Assembly: GCA_965209035.1 (NCBI GenBank)
Contig: OZ242372.1
Span: 896,001 to 960,000, forward strand
Direction of reading: 5' to 3'
Length of the DNA stretch: 64,000 bases
Source: Gammaproteobacteria bacterium
Lineage (GTDB): Bacteria > Pseudomonadota > Gammaproteobacteria > CBDBNL01 > JAAOII01
The position numbers and the translations under genes are program-made. Below, piece by piece: positions 19,088 through 29,190 of this stretch (position 1 is its first letter; each line of letters begins with the position of its first letter). Under the pieces are notes generated by a model, which worked only from the letters and a program-made list of their open reading frames with translations, searched no databases and had not been told where the DNA came from.

Positions 19088-20943
19088 CTGTATTTCTCCC
19101 ATTTATCGTCGTCATCTCCCCAACATATTGAGACGGGCTGCATTGCTTTTTTATAATATTTGATAATTTGCTTCGCCATCTCATTTGTGAGAACACCCGT
19201 CGTTGCGCCGGAATTCGGGGGAAGTTGAACACTTTTTTTCTTACCCAAGTGTGGTCTGATGCATTCCATTATCTCATTTATTTTCACAGATTCCACGCCA
19301 CTTTTGATTAGGTTCTGTGCTATCCCGGTGAACTCATTCGCCAAAACCCCGCCGCTAAAAACAGTCGTTGTCAATTCAGTGTCTTTTCCTCGCCTTTTAT
19401 TCATACGATCTTCAAATGCCCAGATTTTTTCGACTTGATCCGGTTTAGGAGGAGAAAATGCTCCCTGCAAACCGGCACCCCCCAAATATGCACCTTGTAA
19501 GCCAGTACTTGTTAAATCCGCACCTTGCAAACTAGCACCTCTTAAATCCGCTCCTTGTAAACCGACGCCTTCTAAATCCGCTCCTTGCAAACCAGATCTT
19601 ATTAAAGTCGCCCTTTGCAAATAGGCACCCTTTAAATTTGCCCCTTGCAAGTTGGCACCTGTTAAATCTGCATCTTGCAAACCGGCACCTCTTAAATCCG
19701 CACCTTGCAAACCGGCACCTCTTAAATCCGCACCTTGCAAACTGGCACCTCTTAAATCCGCACCTTGTAAATAGGGACTGCTTAAGGCTTCTCCCTGCAA
19801 ATAGGCATTCCTTAAATGTGCTCTTTGTAAACTGGCAGTTATTAAAATTGCCCCTTGCAAACGGACACCTATTAAATACGCTCGTTGCAAATCGGCATCC
19901 CAAAAATTCACACCTCGCAAATCGGACCGCACTAGCACTGCTCCTTGCAATTTGGCACCCATTAAATCCGCCTTTTGCAAATCGACGCCTCTCAAAGATG
20001 CTCCTTGCAAATCGGCACCTCTCAAATATGCTCCTTGTAACTTGGTTTCTTTCAAAATCACTTGGCTCAAATTTGCTCGGTATAAATTGGCACGACCCAA
20101 GTCTGCTTTATGTAATTTTGCCTCGGATAAATTAATGTTCATCAAATCCGCTCCGCACAAATAGGAGTCGGACAAATCGAAAACAGGTGCGGTAGAGTCC
20201 GCATTCTGTGGTTTCGTATTAACCTTGCCCCCAAAATTCAAGGCGGCAAAGTTCAAATTTTGATGCTTCCTCTTAATCTTGCCAAGAGCATTCAAAGCAG
20301 TAAAGTCCAAATTTTGTGACTTCGTATTAATCTTGCCAAGAACATCCAATAAAGATTGAATTTCGTTAGAAGGTTTGTCTTTATATGCCGTTTGGTATGC
20401 CGTCTGTCGGGTTGCCTCTCTCAAATGGGCACAAAGAATGTTGACGATGTTAGGCAACCGCTTCGATTCCAAGTTTATCAAGTTATAGAGACCGTAGATC
20501 CCGCCCAAGCGGACAGAATCAGAATTGTCACTTCCCAGATGATTGATCGCGTCGGTAAAAACTTTATCTCGGTTGGCTTGGAAGATAGCTTGGTTAGCTT
20601 CAAAAAGAGCCTGCGCCCTTAAGTAGGCGACAATCAAACCAAATGCACCTATCAGACCGAACAGAGTTAATCCAAGCATCCGAATGGTTAGGGTTTTGCT
20701 ACTCAGGTCGCCTCCGGCTACTTCTGTTCCAAACTTCATATCCAAGTCATTTCCCCAAAGATCAAACATTCTTAGCCCCAAAATGACCAGTACACAACAG
20801 ATCGATATCCCTACAACAACCGAGAAAGTCTTGGCATTACATATATTTTCTATCCTCCACCAAATGAGGCGCAGTTGATTTTTTATCCTCATAAAAAATG
20901 ATTTCGGGATGGATAGCCGACCTGCCGGCTTGTTTGCGTTCAT
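19084..20943 (-). CDS. Membrane-anchored pentapeptide repeat protein
   Basis: Two N-terminal TM helices, FTDAINHLGS..VRLGGIY domain, long A(D/N)LxG repeats. Confidence 0.9.
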   Translation of the reverse strand: MNANKPAGRLSIPKSFFMRIKNQLRLIWWRIENICNAKTFSVVVGISICCVLVILGLRMFDLWGNDLDMKFGTEVAGGDLSSKTLTIRMLGLTLFGLIGAFGLIVAYLRAQALFEANQAIFQANRDKVFTDAINHLGSDNSDSVRLGGIYGLYNLINLESKRLPNIVNILCAHLREATRQTAYQTAYKDKPSNEIQSLLDVLGKINTKSQNLDFTALNALGKIKRKHQNLNFAALNFGGKVNTKPQNADSTAPVFDLSDSYLCGADLMNINLSEAKLHKADLGRANLYRANLSQVILKETKLQGAYLRGADLQGASLRGVDLQKADLMGAKLQGAVLVRSDLRGVNFWDADLQRAYLIGVRLQGAILITASLQRAHLRNAYLQGEALSSPYLQGADLRGASLQGADLRGAGLQGADLRGAGLQDADLTGANLQGANLKGAYLQRATLIRSGLQGADLEGVGLQGADLRGASLQGADLTSTGLQGAYLGGAGLQGAFSPPKPDQVEKIWAFEDRMNKRRGKDTELTTTVFSGGVLANEFTGIAQNLIKSGVESVKINEIMECIRPHLGKKKSVQLPPNSGATTGVLTNEMAKQIIKYYKKAMQPVSICWGDDDDKWEKYR

Positions 20944-20991
20944 AAATTACTTTTTGTACTTGTTGTATTTCGTATTAATGCATTGATGCTA

Positions 20992-21168
20992 TTAGTCTTC
21001 GTAACTATCGTGATAACCAATTTGGCGGGGGTCGCCGTAATCTTTGAGTTGCCAGTAGAGCAGCGAAGTAACAATCAAATGAATACTGCTGTCGGCTATC
21101 TTTGCCATCTTGCGGCTGTCGCCGAGAATGACCCGATGGTGTGTTGAGTTCATTTGTGTTTTGTTCAT
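20992..21168 (-). pseudogene. 5' fragment of the DNA methyltransferase (duplicated, SPPY changed to SLLY)
   Basis: MNKTQMNSTHHRVILGDSRKMAKIADSSIHLIVTSLLYWQLKDYGDPRQIGYHDSYED* matches 18826-18653. Confidence 0.9.
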
Positions 21169-21197
21169 TCGACGACTTGCCAATATTTTAAGGCGGA

Positions 21198-22892
21198 CTA
21201 CCTTGCTTTTTTATAATCTTTGATAATCTTATCCGCCATCTCATCCGTGAGAATACCCGTCGTTGCACCGGAATTTGCTGGAAGTTGAAAACTTGCTTCC
21301 CCGCCCAAGTGTGGTTTGATGCGTGCCATTATCTCATTTATTCTCACAGATGTCCTACTACTTTTTGTTAGATTCCGTTCTATCCTATTGAATTCATCCG
21401 CCGAAATCCCGCCGCTAAAAACAGTCGTTATCAATTCAGTGTCTTTTCCTCGCCTTTTATTAATACGCTCTTCAAAGGATTCGGCTTTTCCGGATTGATC
21501 CAGTTTAGGAAAAGAAAAGGCTCCTTGCAAGTAAGCCCCCCCTAAATCTGCTCCTTGCAACCGGGCACTTCTTAAATCCGCTCCTTGCAAATAGGCTCCT
21601 CCTAAATCTGCTCCTTGCAAACCGGCACTTCTTAAATTCGCTCCTTGCAAATCGGCACTTCCTAAATATGCACCTTGTAAACCGGCATCAGTTAAATCTG
21701 CCCATTGCAAACGAGTGCCTGTTAAATTCGCACCCTGTAAACGGGCACCTCTTAAATCCGCACACTGCAAATCGGTGCCCCTTAAATCCGCTTCTTGCAA
21801 ATCGGCGCCGATTAAATCGGCACCTTGCAAATCGGCACCTTGCAAATCGGCACCTCTTAAATCCCCACCTTGCAAACTGGCACTTTCTAAATACGCCTCT
21901 TGCAAACCGGCACCTCTTAAATCCACCCCTTGCAATTCGGCATTTGTTAAATTCACTCTCTGCAAACCGGCACCACCTAAATACGCCTTTTGCAAATCGG
22001 CACCTTTTAAATTTGCTCCTTGCAAATCGGCACCTGTTAAATTCGCCCATAGCAATCTAGCATTTATTAAAATCGCACCCTGCAAACTGGCACCGCTTAA
22101 ATCCGCTCCTCGTAATTCGGTATTTGTTAAATCTGCTCCTTGCAAACTGGTACCACTTAAATACGCATCTTGCAAATTGGCACCTCTTAAACACGCCTCT
22201 TGCAAATCGGCACCGCTTAAACACGCCTCTTGCAAATCGGCACTTATCAAATACGCCTTTTGCAATTCAGCACCACTGAAATCCGCTCCTTGCAATTCAG
22301 CACCATTGAAATCCGCTCCTTGTAATTCGGACTGCATTAATTCCGATCCTCGCAACTTAGCTTCTTCCAAGCTTGCTTTTCTCAGATTCGCCTGGTATAA
22401 ATCGGTACACTCCAAGCTTGCTCGGTGTAATCTTGCCCCGGATAAATTAATATTTTTCAGATCCGCCCCGCGCAGATTAGCTTCTTCCAAACTCGCTTTG
22501 CTTAGATTCGCTTGATATAAATTGGCACACCCTAATTCTGCCCGATGTAACCTTGCCCCGGATAAATTAATGTTTGTTAGATCCGCTCCGCACAGATAGG
22601 AGTCGGACAAATCTAAAAGAGGTGAGGCAAGGTCCAAATTTTGTAACTTCGTATTAATTTTGCCAAGAACATCCAACAAAGATTGGATTTCGTAGGAAGG
22701 CTTATCTTCATATTGTCTCGGGTATTTCGGGTCTTGAGTAATTTCTCTCAAATGGGTACAAAGAATTCTGACAATGTTAGGCGAACGATCTGGTCCCAGA
22801 CCTATCAGGTTATAGAGACCGTAGATCCCACGCAAACGAACAGAAGCGGAATCGTTATTTCCCAAATGATCGATAGCTTCGGCAAAAAACAT
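21198..22892 (-). CDS. Pentapeptide repeat protein paralog lacking the membrane anchor
   Basis: Paralog of 19084-20943 with more repeats; N-terminal part split off by stops. Confidence 0.8.
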   Translation of the reverse strand: MFFAEAIDHLGNNDSASVRLRGIYGLYNLIGLGPDRSPNIVRILCTHLREITQDPKYPRQYEDKPSYEIQSLLDVLGKINTKLQNLDLASPLLDLSDSYLCGADLTNINLSGARLHRAELGCANLYQANLSKASLEEANLRGADLKNINLSGARLHRASLECTDLYQANLRKASLEEAKLRGSELMQSELQGADFNGAELQGADFSGAELQKAYLISADLQEACLSGADLQEACLRGANLQDAYLSGTSLQGADLTNTELRGADLSGASLQGAILINARLLWANLTGADLQGANLKGADLQKAYLGGAGLQRVNLTNAELQGVDLRGAGLQEAYLESASLQGGDLRGADLQGADLQGADLIGADLQEADLRGTDLQCADLRGARLQGANLTGTRLQWADLTDAGLQGAYLGSADLQGANLRSAGLQGADLGGAYLQGADLRSARLQGADLGGAYLQGAFSFPKLDQSGKAESFEERINKRRGKDTELITTVFSGGISADEFNRIERNLTKSSRTSVRINEIMARIKPHLGGEASFQLPANSGATTGILTDEMADKIIKDYKKAR

Positions 22893-22919
22893 CTTCTAGG
22901 TTGTGATGATCCTCAAAAA

Positions 22920-23207
22920 TTACCGACTAGTTCTTCTGTCCCAAAGATCAAATATTCTTAGGATCAATATCCCTGTGCCAACCAAGAAAGTCTTGGCATT
23001 AAATCTATTTTTTATTCTCCGCCAAGCGAGTCGCAGTTGATTTTTTATTATCCGCCCGACTCTGTCTGAATAGATCCGAGTCAGATTCCGAAGACGCTCG
23101 CCTTTTGCCTTCCGCCAGGTGAGTCGCAGTTGATTCTTTATCCTCATTAAAAACGATAAAAACGATTTCGGGGCGGACAGCCAGCCTGCCGGCTTGTTTG
23201 CGTTCAT
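22920..23207 (-). pseudogene. Detached N-terminal fragment of the second pentapeptide gene
   Basis: MNANKPAG..IKNQLRL (internally duplicated); same frame as 22892 but separated by TAA and TAG. Confidence 0.8.
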
Positions 23208-23500
23208 AAACTACTTTTTGTACTTGTTGTATTCCGTATTAATGCATTAATGTTATCTGTGCCTGCAAGGATTGTCTTTTAAATAATGATTGCCCGTTGA
23301 GTGGATTGGCTTTTTCTTATTTTACCGACAAGGGCGACCAGGACCGACTATTGATGGAAAACTCTTTTCTGTTCTTTTCTATTGAAGACCATTCAAATCT
23401 ATGCAAAATCTTGCGGCACCTTTAAATAAATAAATAAAACCTTTCAAAATCGCCCCAAACATCTCCTCAAACATCCCCCCAAAATAGTATAATAACCATT

Positions 23501-23944
23501 ATGAAAAATACTATACTATCATTAATCTCTTTGTGTCTTTTGGCTTCCACTTCCGCCATGGCTTCCGATTACTATACCGGACGCGGCGATGCGGTCATCA
23601 AAGGATACGATGTTGTGGCATACTTCAAGGAGAACAAGGCCGTCAAAGGATCGCCGGACTTTTCTTATGAGTATGACGGCGCTGTCTGGAGATTTGCTTC
23701 GGCCGAAAACTTGAATGATTTCAAGGCGGCACCGGAGCAATATATCCCGCAGTATAACGGCTATTGCGCTTATGCAATGTCCGCTTTTGGCGATAAAGTT
23801 CGGATCAATCCCAAACAGTTTGTTGTCACAGACGGGAAATTGTATTTGAACTTTAATCCCGGTACCAGTAAAAAGTTCAGCAAGGACATAGATAATCATA
23901 TCTCTCAAGCGGACAAAAACTGGGAAAAGTTCTCAACACATTAA
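23501..23944 (+). CDS. Secreted YHS-domain protein, copy 1
   Basis: GYDVVAYF, WRFASAEN, PQYNGYCAY, GKLYLN; signal peptide. Confidence 0.88.
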   Translation: MKNTILSLISLCLLASTSAMASDYYTGRGDAVIKGYDVVAYFKENKAVKGSPDFSYEYDGAVWRFASAENLNDFKAAPEQYIPQYNGYCAYAMSAFGDKVRINPKQFVVTDGKLYLNFNPGTSKKFSKDIDNHISQADKNWEKFSTH

Positions 23945-24031
23945 TTAATAAATAAGAAGAAACATAACGACACAGGGTCGTTCATCGTTAAAATCGGGGC
24001 GGGGAAGATTCCCCGGTTCCTCGGAAAAAAG

Positions 24032-24079
24032 ATGATTTCGGCGGGTTGTTTGTAAGTTAGATGCAACCCGCCGACGAAA
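24032..24079. repeat. Intergenic palindrome (second copy at 24652-24693)
   Basis: TCGGCGGGTTG-N15-CAACCCG(C/T)CGA after YHS copies 1 and 2. Confidence 0.75.
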
Positions 24080-24115
24080 TGGCCAGAGTGTTGTTCGTTG
24101 TATAATCAAGACATT

Positions 24116-24580
24116 ATGAACAAAATAAAACAAATATCAATATTCGCCTTATTCCTGTTTGCACCCGCAGTTACTTTCGCCGGTGATTATTACACGGGCA
24201 GTAGCAAGGCGACAATCAGGGGAGATGCGGCAATCAAAGGATACGATGTTGTGGCATACTTCAAGGAAAACAAGGCTGTCAAAGGCTCGGCGGACTTTTC
24301 TTATGAGCATGACGGCGCTGTCTGGAGATTTGCTTCGGCTGAAAATCTGAACGATTTTAAAGCCTCGCCGGCAAGATATGCTCCCAAGTATGGCGGCTAT
24401 TGTGCTTATGCGATGTCTTCTTACGGTAAAAAAGTAAAAGTTGATCCCACTCAATTTACGGTCAAGGACGACAAACTTTACCTTAACTTTAACGCACGCT
24501 TTAGCACAAAATTTAAAAACGATATAGACAAACATATCACCCAAGCGGACGAAAACTGGGAAAAATTCCCGAAGCATTAA
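24116..24580 (+). CDS. Secreted YHS-domain protein, copy 2
   Basis: Same motifs; start MNKIKQ. Confidence 0.88.
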   Translation: MNKIKQISIFALFLFAPAVTFAGDYYTGSSKATIRGDAAIKGYDVVAYFKENKAVKGSADFSYEHDGAVWRFASAENLNDFKASPARYAPKYGGYCAYAMSSYGKKVKVDPTQFTVKDDKLYLNFNARFSTKFKNDIDKHITQADENWEKFPKH

Positions 24581-24910
24581 TTAACATTAAGCAACACAGC
24601 GATATAGACTCGTTGAGGTTGGCTTATTTAAAGGAAGCATTCCCTAAAAAGTGATTTCGGCGGGTTGGTTGTAAGTCAGGGCAACCCGTCGACAGGCGGC
24701 GGCGAATACATGCTTGCCGGATGGAATGTATCTATGTATGGCAATGGGTGATGGCTCGGAGGTATCGGCAAGATGCTTTCTGCCTGCCTGTCTGCTTGCC
24801 TAGTCGCTTGCCCGCCGCTAACACAAAGAAGGACGCAACGGGTGAACGGATAAGGCGACACAAAAATTGTTGTGAAACAGCCAAAGCGTCCATCGTATAA
24901 TTAAGGTATT

Positions 24911-25357
24911 ATGAATAAAATAAAACAAATATCAATATTGGTCTTATTCCTGTTTGCACCCGCGGTTGCGTTTGCCGGTGATTACTACACGGGCAGCGGT
25001 GATGCGGCAATCAGAGGATACGATGTTGTGGCATACTTCAAGGAAAACAAGCCTGTCAAAGGCTCGTCTGACTTTTCTTATAAGTATGACGATGCTGTCT
25101 GGAGGTTTGCTTCGGCTGAAAATTTGAATGACTTCAAAGCATCGCCGGAAAAATATGTTCCGCAGTATGGCGGTTATTGCTCTTATGCGATGTCCACTTA
25201 CGGTAGCAAGGTAAAAGTTGATCCTTATCAGTTTACGGTCAAGGACGACAAACTTTACCTTAACTATAATGCGCGCGTTAGCACAAAATTTAAGAAGGAT
25301 ATAGACAAACATATTACCCAAGCGGATAAAAATTGGAAAAAAGCATCGGCAGAATAA
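24911..25357 (+). CDS. Secreted YHS-domain protein, copy 3
   Basis: Same motifs. Confidence 0.88.
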   Translation: MNKIKQISILVLFLFAPAVAFAGDYYTGSGDAAIRGYDVVAYFKENKPVKGSSDFSYKYDDAVWRFASAENLNDFKASPEKYVPQYGGYCSYAMSTYGSKVKVDPYQFTVKDDKLYLNYNARVSTKFKKDIDKHITQADKNWKKASAE

Positions 25358-25558
25358 TTCGCTATTCGAGCGTGAGTTGTGCCGGCAAACATTCCATGCC
25401 GCAAGGTGACTTATGTTTTTCAAAGCACCGCGAATGTTTTCCGGCGACATTAAATAAAAATAAAAAAACCTGGTGCTGTGCCGGTTTTATCGTTAATACT
25501 TCCATTAAAATATGGAAACCAGTTTGACTTATATGAAATTTAACAAGAAGAGAATATT

Positions 25559-26677
25559 ATGTTAATAGGAGTTACCCGAGAAATCAAAAATCAAGAATAC
25601 CGGGTGGGGATGATCCCCGCCACGGTCAAGGAACTGACAAATAATAATCACCGGGTTCTGGTAGAACAGGACGCGGGTGTCGGTGCCGGTTATGACAATG
25701 ACGACTATATTAAAGCCGGCGCCACTGTCGCCGATACTGCCGACGAAATTTTTGCCGAGGCGGATATGATCGTCAAGGTTAAGGAGCCTCAGGCACAAGA
25801 ACGCAAGAAACTGCGCGAAGGACAGATTCTGTTCACCTACTTGCATCTGGCACCCGACGGGGAACAAACCCGGGAACTGATGGAAAGCAAGGCGGTGTGC
25901 ATCGCCTACGAAACGATCACCTCACCGCACGGCGGCCTGCCGTTGCTTGCCCCTATGTCGGAAGTTGCGGGCAGGCTTGCCGTCCAAGCGGGGAGTCATT
26001 GCTTGGAACGGGCTGCCGGCGGCAGAGGTGTCCTCCTTGGCGGCGTGTCCGGCACCGGACACGGCAAGGTCGTCATTCTGGGCGCGGGAATTGTCGGTAT
26101 GAACTCCGCCGTGATTGCTTTGGGAATGGGGGCGCATGTGGTGCTGCTGGATAATAATGTGGATGCCTTGCGCCGTGCCGAAGTTCGGTTTGGCAATAGC
26201 ATAGAAACTGTGTTTTCCAATAGCTCCAATTTGGAACGCCATCTTGCGGATGCCGATCTGGTTATTGGCGGAGTACTCATCCCCGGTGCCCTGGCGCCAA
26301 AACTGATCACCGCCAAAATGATCAAAGGGATGCAGAGAGGCGCGGTTGTTGTGGATGTTGCCATAGACCAGGGAGGATGTCTGGAAACATCACATCCAAC
26401 CACGCATTCGGACCCGTCTTTTGTGGTGGACGAAGTCATTCACTATTGTGTGGCAAACATGCCCAGCATGGTCGCCCGCACCGCCGCGATCGCGCTCAAC
26501 AATACGACTCTGCCCTATATTGTGAAATTGGCAAATGTCGGCTACAAGAAAGCACTGGCTGCAGATCCGCACTTCGCCGAAGGCCTCAATGTGCATCACG
26601 GGAAAATTACCTGTCAGGCGGTGGCGGATGCCCAAGAACTCTCGTATACCGACAAGCGGGAAATCCTAACGCACTAA
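25559..26677 (+). CDS. ald: Alanine dehydrogenase
   Basis: EIKNQEYRV, VKVKEP, FTYLHLA, LPLLAPMSEVAGR, DVAIDQGG, HYCVANMP. Confidence 0.96.
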   Translation: MLIGVTREIKNQEYRVGMIPATVKELTNNNHRVLVEQDAGVGAGYDNDDYIKAGATVADTADEIFAEADMIVKVKEPQAQERKKLREGQILFTYLHLAPDGEQTRELMESKAVCIAYETITSPHGGLPLLAPMSEVAGRLAVQAGSHCLERAAGGRGVLLGGVSGTGHGKVVILGAGIVGMNSAVIALGMGAHVVLLDNNVDALRRAEVRFGNSIETVFSNSSNLERHLADADLVIGGVLIPGALAPKLITAKMIKGMQRGAVVVDVAIDQGGCLETSHPTTHSDPSFVVDEVIHYCVANMPSMVARTAAIALNNTTLPYIVKLANVGYKKALAADPHFAEGLNVHHGKITCQAVADAQELSYTDKREILTH

Positions 26678-26948
26678 CACGCCTTAGCGCCTTAAGAAGA
26701 ATAAGAAGCGGAAATCCGGCGGCGTTCACGCCCGCTGATGCCTTGCATTGGTGAACTGATGAACCGGGAGTTGAAAATTATCTCAAACCTCTCGGTTCCC
26801 GGTTGATCGGCAAAGAAAAAGATACCCTCTTTCTTTGCCTAAGTTAAGTATTGTTCTTGTCTTACTTGGAAGGATCTTGTTAATTTGGGGATTTGGGTGT
26901 GACCTTAATGTGCAGTCGGCGCGAAAAAATGAGTTAGCCTGCCGGGAC

Positions 26949-28631
26949 TCAATAATCGATTACATAAAAAGGCAGGCGAATCTGCTTGCGTGTCCAAATA
27001 TTCCTCAGAAAATAGTAATGCTCTATTCTCTTTAATTTGTCCCGGGTAATTTCCGGTCGGCTGTAAGGACCTCCCCTTTTTAGCAGGATGTAAGATAACG
27101 CCAGATTGTTACCTCTCGGTCTGAGACCAACCTGCCGCACCGCATAATTTTCGCGAACATAGGGCCAGTGTTTGCTGTTTTGCAGATGCTCCCAAACATA
27201 GCTGTCCACATACAAATAGCGGATATGGTGCTTTTCTTCAAACTCTTTCAATTTTTCCGGGGCGACTCGCTGCAAATGAGCGCAGGTCATAAACGCATAA
27301 TAACAAAGGGACTTGGTTTGCGGACCGGGTCTGTAATAAAAAATCCTCTCCTCGGGATGCCGACGATCTTCTCCTATCAGGGTCCCAATAAGATCCCCGC
27401 CGGGGAATTGTGTATTAAATTGGGCGGTAACCGATTTGTTAATCTGCGCATAGCCGGCAAACGGAATCAGGACGGCAAAATAAACAACGGGTCTTATGTC
27501 GGGGAACTTCGTGGCAAGCAGTTTTAACGGCTGGTAAAAAAGATACCCGGCCGCGATTGCCAAACCGAAAGTGAAAGACAGACTGTAGTAATTTTGTCCC
27601 TTAAGAAAATGACCGAAAATAGAATAAGTGAGCATAATGCCAACAAAATATAAAAGAAGGAAACCCTTGATTTTGTTTCTTGTGACCATACACAACAAAA
27701 AGCCGAACAAAGCGGAGAACAGGAAAAAATTATTGTAAGAAGTAAAAAATACATCTTTGTGGCTGCGCCAGTGACCGCTCCAATAAGCGGGGTCCAAAAA
27801 CCTGAACGGCTGCACGATACCCCAAGTGCCGATTGGTCCGCGCCAATTGAAATACAAGTTCGTCTTTTGCAGCACGAACAAGAACCCGACAAATAACACA
27901 ACAAAAGAAAGAAAACCGGCGAGCAGAAACCATCTGCGTTTGAAGTTTTTGTAAAAGTCGGCATAAGGGAATACACCGAAAAGGGCAATGATCGGGAGAA
28001 CATACGGCATCTTAATCATACCGGCAAGGGCCAAGGACGCACCCGCCGAAACGGAATACTTCCATCTGTAATGATTGTCTCGCCAAAGTAAAAACAACCA
28101 AAAAGATAACATCATAAAAAAGTTTCCCGGTGCCGCTTCGTTAATAGTTCTGCCGAAAAAGATCGTCAAGGGCATCAGCGTCCAAACAACCGAAACAGTG
28201 GCGGCAAACAGTTTGTCCGAACAAATACGACGGACAATGCCATAACCCAGCAGGACGCTTAGTAACATATAAAGCACCATCTGAATACGAATTAACGCGA
28301 TGCTCTCGCCAAACAGCCCCCAACTGAGTGCCCCGACGACAGATATAAACGCCAACTGCGGATTTTCAAAACAGGGGCGGTCGCGGGTCCCTTCGTGATG
28401 CAGAATCTGCTTGCAGGTGGAAAATCCATTGTGGTAATAGTCTTTGGTGACCGCCAGCCACTCGTTTTCTTTTTCGTTGTGAAATCCCACGCTCGGATAA
28501 TCCAACGCGAAAGAACGCATATAAAGCGTCAAACCAATCAGGCAGCACAGAAACAAACAGAGTTTCCAATTTGCCGCCAAATAACGCAAACCGGATTGGT
28601 AAAAAGCAGAGAAAGAAAAATTGACTTTCAT
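26949..28631 (-). CDS. Polytopic GT-C fold glycosyltransferase (ArnT/PMT, GT39-like)
   Basis: Many TM helices, acidic loop after first TM, LALAGMIK.P, soluble C-terminal domain. Confidence 0.7.
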   Translation of the reverse strand: MKVNFSFSAFYQSGLRYLAANWKLCLFLCCLIGLTLYMRSFALDYPSVGFHNEKENEWLAVTKDYYHNGFSTCKQILHHEGTRDRPCFENPQLAFISVVGALSWGLFGESIALIRIQMVLYMLLSVLLGYGIVRRICSDKLFAATVSVVWTLMPLTIFFGRTINEAAPGNFFMMLSFWLFLLWRDNHYRWKYSVSAGASLALAGMIKMPYVLPIIALFGVFPYADFYKNFKRRWFLLAGFLSFVVLFVGFLFVLQKTNLYFNWRGPIGTWGIVQPFRFLDPAYWSGHWRSHKDVFFTSYNNFFLFSALFGFLLCMVTRNKIKGFLLLYFVGIMLTYSIFGHFLKGQNYYSLSFTFGLAIAAGYLFYQPLKLLATKFPDIRPVVYFAVLIPFAGYAQINKSVTAQFNTQFPGGDLIGTLIGEDRRHPEERIFYYRPGPQTKSLCYYAFMTCAHLQRVAPEKLKEFEEKHHIRYLYVDSYVWEHLQNSKHWPYVRENYAVRQVGLRPRGNNLALSYILLKRGGPYSRPEITRDKLKRIEHYYFLRNIWTRKQIRLPFYVIDY

Positions 28632-28848
28632 AAGACTATTATGAATTATCTATGAATTGTCGGGCGAGAGTGATATGAAAATTATTTGCATTCAATGATG
28701 GACGAATGTCGGCATCCGAAATAACAGACCGAACAGAATCCGGCATTTGCACCCTTTGGAAAAATATCCGGGCAGCAAGGCGAATCGCAAAAGAAAATAT
28801 CCTTCTCACGCTCCCGTTCCCAAGTTAAACTCTTTAACTTATTATTTG

Positions 28849-29190
28849 TTACTTGGGAGGTCCTTCCGCCGCTTGCCGCACCTCAATAGAACATTTCTGA
28901 GCGGCTGCGGGGCTGCGGGCAGCTATCTCGGCTGCGGCATCCAAACTGTCCGCCTTAACCACCGTATAGCCCATGACAAACATCCCGTCCTTGAACTCGG
29001 CTCTGCCGTCGACAATGCCGTCTGCGGAAACGAGTTTGGCATCCGCGATAAATCCGGCACCCATATCAACAAGAGAGCCGTCGGCTTTGATCTTTTCAAA
29101 CCACTCCATCCAGGCTTTCATTCCTTCGCCGGGATGTTCCGACACAGGGCCGCCGGGCGGAGCACGATAAATAAATGTGTAATTTTTCAT
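28849..29190 (-). CDS. YciI/DGPF-like family protein
   Basis: AWMEWF..LVDMG..GYTVVKADSLDAA..IEVR. Confidence 0.8.
   Translation of the reverse strand: MKNYTFIYRAPPGGPVSEHPGEGMKAWMEWFEKIKADGSLVDMGAGFIADAKLVSADGIVDGRAEFKDGMFVMGYTVVKADSLDAAAEIAARSPAAAQKCSIEVRQAAEGPPK

Noticed and set aside
18760-21240. Diversity-generating retroelement or shufflon explanation for the MTase/pentapeptide repeats
   Set aside because: No reverse transcriptase or site-specific recombinase in the window; the repeats are direct, and differences are not adenine-specific.
19532-22515. Cys/His-rich repeat ORFs (CKSAP, RCRFA, NRHLL)
   Set aside because: Alternative-frame shadows of the 15-bp pentapeptide repeats.
23945-24700. 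Integron attC sites between the YHS genes
   Set aside because: GTTAGAT occurs only in the first palindrome, there is no well-matching RYYYAAC, and no integron integrase is present; the genes are paralogs, not diverse cassettes.
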